Origin: Solirubrobacteraceae bacterium | GTDB lineage: Bacteria; Actinomycetota; Thermoleophilia; Solirubrobacterales; Solirubrobacteraceae | DNA: 64,000 bases | NCBI GenBank assembly: GCA_036008645.1 | Contig: DASYNI010000011.1 | Span: forward strand, 59,107-123,106 | Direction of reading: 5' to 3' | In this document: positions 45,601 through 54,039 of the stretch, one piece after another | Position numbering within the stretch: position 1 is the first letter of the stretch | How the letters are laid out: each line of letters opens with the position of its first letter | The notes under the pieces: model-generated | Databases searched by the model: none | Told to the model about the DNA's origin: nothing | The model's input: only the letters and a program-made list of their open reading frames with translations | Program-made: the position numbers and the translations under genes

Positions 45601-46122
45601 GAAGCCCTCAAAGGTGCTTGTTCGGAAAAGCAGTTTGCTGGCAACCCGGCAGGGTGCCCGGCCGGCTCCTTCGTGGGTACGGCGACTGCCGTGACGCCGG
45701 TGCTCAACAAGCCGCTCAGCGGACCGGCGATCTTCGTCTCTCACGGCGGGGCAGCATTCCCCGATCTGGATGTGATGCTGCAGGGCGAAGGCGTGACCGT
45801 CGATTTGGCAGGCTCGACAAACATAGTCAAAGGCATCACCAGCTCCGACTTCAAGGCGGTGCCTGATGTACCAGTCACACGATTTGAACTCACGCTTCCG
45901 GAGCAAAAGAACGCCGCTCTGGCTGCCACGGCCAACCTTTGCTACCAGACCACCACCAAGCGCGTGAAGGTCAAAGTGCACGGCAAAACTGTCTACCGCA
46001 AGCACAGAACCGAGCAGCGTCGCACGCTGGTCATGCCCACCAAGATCACCGGCCAGAACGGCGCGGTAATCAACCAATCCACCAAGATCGCGGTCGAAGG
46101 ATGCGGCACGAAGGCTCGCTGA
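42682..46122 (+). CDS. 1146-aa secreted protein with four repeated Cys-loop modules (uncharacterised)
   Basis: Signal peptide ending SPAAA. A four-fold recurring motif [LM]P-x-G/K...C-x(8-13)-C-[PS]-x-x-S-x-[IV]-G. A QAGSHPY motif. ATGA overlap with the upstream gene. Confidence 0.85.
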   Translation: [1146 protein letters not shown]

Positions 46123-46244
46123 TGTGCAGGAAGTGTGGATAACAGCCAGTCGCATCGAGATATGGAAACACGGCGCGGTACAGAATCGGCGTGGTGGGGC
46201 GCAATCTTGGACCGCGCTTGCCGAGTGGGCAGTTGGCTGAAAAG

Positions 46245-46676
46245 ATGAGTGCAAGTATGCAGAGGGCCATTGATAAGCGGAAGGAGATAGTTGCGGTAGC
46301 TGTCATCGCAGCTATGCTCTCGCTGGCTGCATGTGGCGGCTCCTCAAAAGCGCCGAGTCAGACGGCGAACTCCGAAAAGACCAGCTCTACGCAATCACAG
46401 TCGAACTCGTCGAGTCAAACGAAGAGTGCAGAAACACAAAGTCCTTCGCGGTCTGCCGAAGAAGCGCGCGCGAAACGCGTGCTCGTGGCACGTATAGCCG
46501 GCACAAGGAACTTGGTCCAATGCTTGCGTGCACACGGGGTTCACGTGCCGCCGCAGAACCTTGCAAAGGGCTTCTCCGCCAAGGGCGTCGACTCAACCAG
46601 CAAGCAGTTCAGGCAGGCCTACCCGGGATGCCTTCGCGCCTCAGTTAAGGTGTACCACATCGCGTTGCAGGACTGA
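46245..46676 (+). CDS. small lipoprotein
   Basis: Lipobox AMLSLAAC followed by a GGSS and S/T/Q-rich linker. About 143 aa. The start is ATG 46245 or 46257. Confidence 0.65.
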   Translation: MSASMQRAIDKRKEIVAVAVIAAMLSLAACGGSSKAPSQTANSEKTSSTQSQSNSSSQTKSAETQSPSRSAEEARAKRVLVARIAGTRNLVQCLRAHGVHVPPQNLAKGFSAKGVDSTSKQFRQAYPGCLRASVKVYHIALQD

Positions 46677-46683
46677 GTGCTGA

Positions 46684-46708
46684 GAGCGCGCTGCCGCGCT
46701 TCTTCTTT
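46684..46708 (+). terminator. intrinsic terminator-like hairpin with T-rich tail
   Basis: AGCGCG-ctgc-CGCGCT followed by TCTTCTTTGG, between the convergent lipoprotein gene and purA. Confidence 0.5.
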
Positions 46709-46720
46709 GGAGCTCAAGCC

Positions 46721-48058
<1,338 letters not shown>

Positions 48059-48309
48059 CTACTAAGGGCGTTCGCTGGACATCGGCCTTTGCCTGCCTCC
48101 TCGGGAGCCCTCATTTTTCAGACCGGCCTTCTCGAAAACGACGGTCCCGTGCCAGCGATTGGTCGAACGACGGCAGAAGTGCTAGCGACGCGATGAGCCT
48201 CCGCGCGAGCCGCCTCGCGAAGGCGCTCAGGACCAGCGCTTGGTCTTTGTGTCGTACGCTGAGAGCGAAAGGTCGGGCAATACGATAATTCGTAAGAAGG
48301 AAATGCGTC

Positions 48310-48338
48310 TTTACAATTGCATCCGTGGGGTGTAAGTT
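48310..48338 (+). promoter_or_regulatory. candidate promoter TTTACA-N17-TAAGTT
   Basis: -35 at 48310..48315 and -10 at 48333..48338. Same hexamer and spacing as the P1 promoter, ~160 nt upstream of the P2 start. Confidence 0.45.
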
Positions 48339-48344
48339 GGTGCC

Positions 48345-48498
48345 GAGTCCATCCGCAGCACGCGATGCATCGACGCGATATCGGGCGCCGCCGGTGAAGG
48401 CGACACGCGAATCCGGCGGTCGGCTTGCGCCTTCGAACGGGAGCTTCCCTACCACCGTAATCCGCCCTGTAACAGGGCGGATAAAGGAGATTGTGCTA
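48345..48498 (+). promoter_or_regulatory. long conserved 5' leader of P2 (second copy of the P1 leader)
   Basis: Core GAAGGCGACACGCGAATCCGG at 48396..48416, hairpin GGCG-n9-CGCC, and hairpin CCGCCCTG-taa-CAGGGCGG at 48462..48480 just before the RBS. Confidence 0.4.
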
Positions 48499-49062
48499 AT
48501 GCTCAGTACCAAGGTGTGCGCAGCGGCGTTCAGCGCTGCGGTCGTGCTTGTTGCCGTTGGGTCCGCCTCGGCGTCTGCCGCGGCGTTCTTATCCAGCACA
48601 ACCGGCAGTCTCAGCGCAACTGCCCTCGAAACACAAGTGTTCAAAACCTTAGCCGGCTCCGTTGAATGTACCAAACTGACGGGGACCGGCTCGGTAACCG
48701 AAACAATGACGGAAACTCAGACGGCTTCGATCACGTACGAAAACTGCACCGCATTCGGCATCACAAACGCATCGGTCTCGTTAGCTGAATATTTATTCAT
48801 GGCTAACGGCGAAGTCACAATCCTGAAAACAATTACCATTACTGCCATCGGCTGCGAAATCATAGTGCCGAGCCAAACGGTTAGCTCGGTGAGCTACAAA
48901 AACAAAAGCGGCCAGCTCGAAATCGTGCCGAGCGTGACCAACATTGAAGTTGAAGGCAAAAATACTTTTTGCACCTTCCCCAAAGGCAGAGATGGCACCT
49001 ACAAAGGTGCCTCGTTAGCTACACTAGGCGGCGGCACAATCAGCTGGAGTTCAGCAGGCTGA
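48499..49062 (+). CDS. small secreted 4-Cys protein, family copy P2
   Basis: Colinear with P1 over its whole length (same signal-peptide end ASASASAAAFLSS, 4 Cys, AEYLFMANGEVTI, identical C-terminus SLATLGGGTISWSSAG). Confidence 0.85.
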   Translation: MLSTKVCAAAFSAAVVLVAVGSASASAAAFLSSTTGSLSATALETQVFKTLAGSVECTKLTGTGSVTETMTETQTASITYENCTAFGITNASVSLAEYLFMANGEVTILKTITITAIGCEIIVPSQTVSSVSYKNKSGQLEIVPSVTNIEVEGKNTFCTFPKGRDGTYKGASLATLGGGTISWSSAG

Positions 49063-49101
49063 CCTTCTGGCAGAGGGCGATTGATTGATTGACGCGATGG
49101 T

Positions 49102-49136
49102 GAGAGGCGCCGGAGCGCTCCGCTCCGGGGTCTCTC
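49102..49136. terminator. hairpin between convergent P2 and the dnaC-like gene
   Basis: GAGAG-gcg-CCGGAGCG-ctc-CGCTCCGG-ggt-CTCTC. Confidence 0.45.
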
Positions 49137-49872
49137 AACCAAGCTGCGACGGCAGCCGCAGCTCCCGCCTGCGGTCCTGCCCGTACAGCGGCAGCGGGTC
49201 TCCGCACATCTCCACGAGCCGCGAGACGGTGCGCTGCCCGATTTGCTCGCCGAGCTCGCTGGGGTCGAGGTTGGTCGTGACCACGATCGAACGGGAGTCC
49301 TCGTAGCGGGTGTTGACGATCGAATAGAGCTGCTCCAGCGCCCAATCGGTCCTGTTCTCGGCCCCAACGTCGTCGATATGCAGCAGATCGACGGTGGAGA
49401 GCCTGTCCAGGAAGCCGACCACCCCCTCCTCCTGCTCGATGGACTCCCTGATCAGGTTGAGCAGCCGCGGCAGGGAGTAGATCGCGACGGTGTGCCCTGC
49501 CTCCAGCGCCACGCGGGAAATCATCATCGCAAGCGCGGTCTTGCCCGTGCCGACATCGCCCATGATCCACACGCCGCGGCCCTGCTCCAGGTTCTCGGAG
49601 ATGTGGCCCGCGAACCGCCTCACCATCCGGATCTGCTCGGGGAACGCAGCCAGCATGTCTCCCTCCAGCTGCTCGAAGGAGAGGCCCACGTAGCGGCGCG
49701 GGATCCTCGCCTCCAGCCGAGCCGCCCGCGCCTGCGAGATTCGGCGCGCCCGGCAGCGGCAGTCAGAAGCCGTGTTGGTCTGCTCGTCGACAGCGAAACC
49801 GCTGCCGTCGCAGAGCCCGAAGGGGCAGGGGCCGCTCGACTCAGAGACCTGCTGTGTAGCCGGCTCGATCAC
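49135..49872 (-). CDS. DnaC/DnaI-like AAA+ helicase loader with N-terminal 4-Cys zinc module
   Basis: CPFGLCDGSG...CRC, then Walker A GDVGTGKT, Walker B LLHIDDVG, and sensor VVTTN. The GTG start overlaps the dnaB stop (GTGA). Confidence 0.75.
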   Translation of the reverse strand: MIEPATQQVSESSGPCPFGLCDGSGFAVDEQTNTASDCRCRARRISQARAARLEARIPRRYVGLSFEQLEGDMLAAFPEQIRMVRRFAGHISENLEQGRGVWIMGDVGTGKTALAMMISRVALEAGHTVAIYSLPRLLNLIRESIEQEEGVVGFLDRLSTVDLLHIDDVGAENRTDWALEQLYSIVNTRYEDSRSIVVTTNLDPSELGEQIGQRTVSRLVEMCGDPLPLYGQDRRRELRLPSQLG

Positions 49873-51263
49873 GCCGCGTAGCGCTCGCCGGCGTAGTTCA
49901 TGAACTTCGGGTACTCCTTCTGGAAGGTGAGCGTGACGTCGCCCGTGGCGCCGTTTCTGTGCTTGGCGATGATCAGGTCGGCCTCGCCGGGACGTTCTGA
50001 CTCCTTGTCGTAGTACTCGTCCCTGTATATGAACATCACCAGGTCGGCGTCCTGCTCCAGGTTTCCGGACTCGCGCAGGTCGGAGAGCTGCGGGCGCTTG
50101 TCGGGGCGCGTCTCTACCGCGCGGGAGAGCTGGGAGAGCGCGATCACCGGCACGCCAAGCTCCCTGGCCAGGATCTTCAGGCCGCGGGAGAGCTCGCCCA
50201 CGGCGGTGACGCGGCTGTCGTAGCGGCTGTCGGTGCGCATCAGCTGCAAGTAGTCGATGATGATCAGGCCGAGGCCGCCGGGCGCCTGGGTGTGCAGCCG
50301 CCGGGCCTTGGCCCGCAGTTCCAGCATCCCCACGTCGCTTGAGTCGTCAACCCACAGCGGCGACTCAGCCAGGCGCTCAGAGGCCTTCAGGATCTTCGGC
50401 CAGCGCTGCTCGGCGACGCGGCCCTTGCGCAGCTCCTCGCCCTTGATCCGCGCCTGGGATGCCACGAACCGCTGCGCGAGCTCCGCCTCAGCCATCTCAA
50501 GCGAGAACAGGGCGACGGGGCGCCCGTGTTCCACCGCGGCGTTCTCGGCGATGTTGCACACCAGCGCGCTCTTTCCCATCGCGGGGCGTGCGGCGATGAT
50601 GATCAGGTTGCCAGGCTGAAAGCCGCCGGTGAGCTCATCGAGATCCTTGAAGCCGGACGGCGTGCCGGTCAGCGAGGTGCCTTCAGTGGAAAGCCTGTGC
50701 AGCTTGTCCAGCTCCTCGTGCAGCACTTCCTCGATCCGGCGGAAGTCTTGTTGGCGATCGTCGCGCGCCACCTCGAGGATCGCCTTCTCGGCCTGCTCGA
50801 CGAGCTCGCGGGGCGCGGTGCCGTGGCCGAGGACGCTGCCCTGGATCTCATAGGAGGCGCTGAGCAGGCGCCGCAGCAGCGCGTTCTCACGCACGATCTG
50901 GGCGTAGCGGCGGGCGTGCCCGGCAGCAGGTACCGCCGCAGTGAGCTCATCCACAGCGGCCTGCCCACCGGCCCGATCCAGCTGGCCATCCTGGCGCAGA
51001 CGGTCGGTGACGGTGAGCACGTCGACCGGCTCGTTCTCGTTGTAGAGCGCGAGCATCGCAGCGTAGATCAGGCCGTTGCGCTCGTGGTAGAAGTCCTCGG
51101 CCTTCAGGCCCTCCTCGATCACCAGCGCATAGAGCGAGCGGTCCGAGAGCAGGATCGCGCCCAGCACGGACTGCTCCGCATCGAGGTTGTGCGGAGGGAC
51201 GAGCGGCGCGCTGCCCGCGCCGCTCGCAGCCGGGCCGCCTCCGTTTGTCGTCGCGGTGCTCAC
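49869..51263 (-). CDS. dnaB: replicative DNA helicase
   Basis: PPHNLDAEQSVLGAILL N-terminal domain, Walker A ARPAMGKSAL, IIIDYLQL, and a RecA-like C-terminal domain. Start is GTG at 51263 (alternative 51344). Confidence 0.92.
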   Translation of the reverse strand: MSTATTNGGGPAASGAGSAPLVPPHNLDAEQSVLGAILLSDRSLYALVIEEGLKAEDFYHERNGLIYAAMLALYNENEPVDVLTVTDRLRQDGQLDRAGGQAAVDELTAAVPAAGHARRYAQIVRENALLRRLLSASYEIQGSVLGHGTAPRELVEQAEKAILEVARDDRQQDFRRIEEVLHEELDKLHRLSTEGTSLTGTPSGFKDLDELTGGFQPGNLIIIAARPAMGKSALVCNIAENAAVEHGRPVALFSLEMAEAELAQRFVASQARIKGEELRKGRVAEQRWPKILKASERLAESPLWVDDSSDVGMLELRAKARRLHTQAPGGLGLIIIDYLQLMRTDSRYDSRVTAVGELSRGLKILARELGVPVIALSQLSRAVETRPDKRPQLSDLRESGNLEQDADLVMFIYRDEYYDKESERPGEADLIIAKHRNGATGDVTLTFQKEYPKFMNYAGERYAA

Positions 51264-51373
51264 CTGGCCGAGTTTAGGCGGGCGGGCGGGCGTCCAGGCA
51301 GGCCGTTGCCGCAAAGTGGGGGCTCGATGCGGTGCCGCCCACATACGAACATATGTTCGTGTACCATCGAGCC

Positions 51374-52492
51374 ATGGAGAGCCAGCCCGGTCACGATCCC
51401 TTCAGAGCAGCACTGGCAAGGGCCCGCTCGCGAGAGGCCCGCCACATCCGCAACTGCCTGCTTGCCGACCAGGTGCTCGGCGTCTTCGGAGAGGCCGAGG
51501 TCGGCAAGACGCAGACGATCCGGCAGGCGCTTGGCGGGAGCGCAATGCGCGTGTTGCGACTCGACCTGCGCTGGGCGGCCAGCTACGAGCACCTCGGGTT
51601 TCTGTTGGCCTGCGAGATGGCCAGAACGTTGGCGCCGGGATTTGCGCCTTCAAGCCTCGCCTATGGCGGGCGGCTGCCAGCGGCGGTTGAGCAGGCGCGG
51701 TCGCGACTGGTGGAGACGCTTGGCGGCGGCCTTCAGGAGGCTATGCGGCTCTGGCCCTCCGGCCGTTACGACTGGCCTGTGGCGCTGGAGAGCCTCGAGC
51801 TGCTCGCCCAGGCCGAGGAGGCATTGCTGTGGGTCGATCATCTTGAGGCTCCGCGTCTGTCCTTCCGGCATCCGCTGAAGCTCGCGCCGCTGCTCTGGAG
51901 CATCAGCGAGCTGGTGGAGCGGGCGCCAAACCTGCGTCTGCTTCTCTCCGGCCGCGAGGCGGCTAGAGCGGAGGTCGAGGCGCCCAGAGCGGCCTTCAGC
52001 GATCGCGGCCGCTGGCTCTCGTTGCACGCGCCATCGGCCGACGCCTGGTGCCAGGTCGCGGAGCTCGTGGATGCCGGCAGCGCTCTGGTAGCCGAGCTTG
52101 TCGACATGACGGCCGGGCATCCGCGCACGATGCTGTTGGCGCTTGCGAGCGTCGCAGGCCAGCCGGCTCCGCCGCCCGCCCAGGAGGTTCTGCTGGCGCT
52201 GGCCGAGCACGACGACGGGCTGGCCGCGCGGGCGATGGAACATGCGCGCTCGCTGCACCGGCTCGGAGGCCAGGCACTTACACAGGCGGCACTGGGACAG
52301 CGCCCCTACGCGACAGCCCAACGCGGCACGACCACCACCCAGGAGCTCAGCAAGGCGCTGAAGCGACTGCGGCTTGCCGGCCTGCTGCGCCACGAAGACA
52401 GCTGGAGGGTCGTCAACCCGCTGCTGGCGATGAGGCTGCGGGCGGCGTCCGCGCCCGAGTCGCCTACTTCTGTGCGACCACCATGGTCTTGA
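51374..52492 (+). CDS. AAA ATPase (archaeal-ATPase/ORC-like) with C-terminal winged-helix-like segment
   Basis: Walker A GEAEVGKT and Walker B-like ALLWVDHLE. The C-terminal segment ELSKALKRLRLAGLLRHEDSWRVVNPLL is DUF234-like. Confidence 0.6.
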   Translation: MESQPGHDPFRAALARARSREARHIRNCLLADQVLGVFGEAEVGKTQTIRQALGGSAMRVLRLDLRWAASYEHLGFLLACEMARTLAPGFAPSSLAYGGRLPAAVEQARSRLVETLGGGLQEAMRLWPSGRYDWPVALESLELLAQAEEALLWVDHLEAPRLSFRHPLKLAPLLWSISELVERAPNLRLLLSGREAARAEVEAPRAAFSDRGRWLSLHAPSADAWCQVAELVDAGSALVAELVDMTAGHPRTMLLALASVAGQPAPPPAQEVLLALAEHDDGLAARAMEHARSLHRLGGQALTQAALGQRPYATAQRGTTTTQELSKALKRLRLAGLLRHEDSWRVVNPLLAMRLRAASAPESPTSVRPPWS

Positions 52493-52916
52493 CCGTGGCG
52501 GTCACGCCGTCCACGACTTCGACCACGACCATGTAGGTGCCGAGGTTCTTGATCGGCTCAGGCAGGAAGACCTTGTTGCGGTCGAGCTTCAGACCGCGCG
52601 CGTCCTTGATCGCAGCGGAGATGTCCTGGGGTCCGACCGAGCCGAACAGGCGCCCGTCGGGGCCCGCCTGGGCTGAGATCGTGATCACGGTCTTGCCCAG
52701 CAGCGCGGCGTTCTCCTGCGCCTTTTCCTCGGCGTAGCGCTCGGCGCGCTCGGCGGCCATCTGGCGCCGGCGGACGTCCTCGATCGCGCCCTTGGTCGCC
52801 GGCTGGGCAAGTCTGCGCGGGATCAGGAAGTTGCGCAGGTAGCCCTTTGAGACATCGACGACGGCGCCCTTGGTGCCGAGCGGCTCGACGTCTTGGAGCA
52901 GGATCGCGTCAGGCAC
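52464..52916 (-). CDS. rplI: 50S ribosomal protein L9
   Basis: ILLQDVEPLGTKGAVVDVSKGYLRNFLIPRRLA; 150 aa. Confidence 0.93.
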   Translation of the reverse strand: MPDAILLQDVEPLGTKGAVVDVSKGYLRNFLIPRRLAQPATKGAIEDVRRRQMAAERAERYAEEKAQENAALLGKTVITISAQAGPDGRLFGSVGPQDISAAIKDARGLKLDRNKVFLPEPIKNLGTYMVVVEVVDGVTATVKTMVVAQK

Positions 52917-52925
52917 AGCTTGTTC

Positions 52926-53252
52926 CTAGCGTTCGCGGTCGCCGCGTTCGCGACGGCCGCCGGTGGCGTCGTCACGCCCGCCCTCGTTGACGTAGGGCAA
53001 GAGTGCAAGCGTGCGTGCACGCTTGACGGCCTTGGCGATCTGGCTCTGATGGCGCCTGCAGGCGCCGGTGATCCGCCGCGAGCGGATCTTGCCCTTGTCG
53101 GAGACGAAGCGACGCAGCGAGGCGATGTCCTTGTAGTCGACCTGCTCGATCTTGTCGCGGCACTGCGGGCAGGACTTGCGCCGGCCACCGGATTGGAGGC
53201 CACGCTTCTCCTTGCGCCTGCTGGGCTTGCTGCGTCCGCGTGCCTTGGCCAT
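52926..53252 (-). CDS. rpsR: 30S ribosomal protein S18
   Basis: [26 protein letters not shown]...[15 protein letters not shown]. Confidence 0.93.
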   Translation of the reverse strand: MAKARGRSKPSRRKEKRGLQSGGRRKSCPQCRDKIEQVDYKDIASLRRFVSDKGKIRSRRITGACRRHQSQIAKAVKRARTLALLPYVNEGGRDDATGGRRERGDRER

Positions 53253-53290
53253 ACGGAGTTGGTCCTCGCTGTTTTCGCTTGCTGAAAGGT

Positions 53291-53755
53291 CTAAAAGGGG
53301 ATGTCCTCGTCGGCAACGGAGCCGACGGGGCTCGGCTCATAGTCTCGCTCATCGACCGGGACCTCGCCGCCACGGGCTGCTCCCGACCCCGCGAATCCGC
53401 CGCCCTGGCCTTCATCGCGCGAGCCTAGGAACTGCACCGAGTCGGCGATTATATCGATCGACTGCCGCTTTGCGCCCTCCGGGGTCTCCCACTCGCGCCA
53501 TTCCAGTCGTCCGTCGATCGCGACGGGTCGTCCCTTGGCCAGAAAGCGCGAGCAGTTCTCGCCCTGCGCGCCCCAGACCTTGACGTTGAAGTAGTTGGGC
53601 TTGTCCTCCCACTCGCCGGTCGAGCCGTTCTTGCGGCGCGTATTGCAGGCGATCCGCAGCTCGCAGACCGAGCTGCCGCTCGGCAACGCCCGCAGCTCGG
53701 GGTCCCTGGTCAGGTTTCCGGTGATGATCACGCGGTTGATGTTGGTTGCGGCCAC
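53291..53755 (-). CDS. ssb: single-stranded DNA-binding protein
   Basis: [18 protein letters not shown]-fold, a Gly-rich linker, and the acidic tip DEDIPF. Confidence 0.93.
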   Translation of the reverse strand: MAATNINRVIITGNLTRDPELRALPSGSSVCELRIACNTRRKNGSTGEWEDKPNYFNVKVWGAQGENCSRFLAKGRPVAIDGRLEWREWETPEGAKRQSIDIIADSVQFLGSRDEGQGGGFAGSGAARGGEVPVDERDYEPSPVGSVADEDIPF

Positions 53756-53963
53756 GGCTGCTCCTCTGCTTTCTTGACTATCTCTGTGCCCGCGGTCTAT
53801 GTGCGTCGGTCACTCCGCGGCGGGCGACGAATCGCGTCCCTCCGCAAGTTTAGAGTGATGACGGGCTGCGTACCCGCGAGCGGCGCAGCAAAGGCGCTAT
53901 TTGCTAGCTTTCGCATATCTGGCGGATGACCCGCTAGCACCAGATTTCGAGATCGCGAGCCGA

Positions 53964-53998
53964 GCTCGGGGAGTGCCCCAGCGGAGCCCTCCCCGAGC
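53964..53998 (-). terminator. 10-bp GC hairpin downstream of P3
   Basis: GCTCGGGGAG-n15-CTCCCCGAGC, ~45 nt past the P3 stop on the minus strand. Confidence 0.5.
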
Positions 53999-54039
53999 CT
54001 GAAACACCCGCGACCGGCGGCGGGCTGCTGACCAGCGGA

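Noticed and set aside
42937-46254. Long minus-strand ORFs within the 1146-aa gene (42937..44193, 44257..45015, 45121..46254).
   Set aside because: The translations are Arg-rich and featureless. The plus-strand frame is one uninterrupted 1146-codon ORF with a signal peptide, internal repeats and ATGA coupling.
49135-49872. The AAA+ gene as IstB of an IS21-type insertion sequence.
   Set aside because: There is no IstA transposase or terminal inverted repeats nearby. The gene is translationally coupled to dnaB and has a DnaI-like zinc module. A phage or IS origin cannot be fully excluded without phylogeny.
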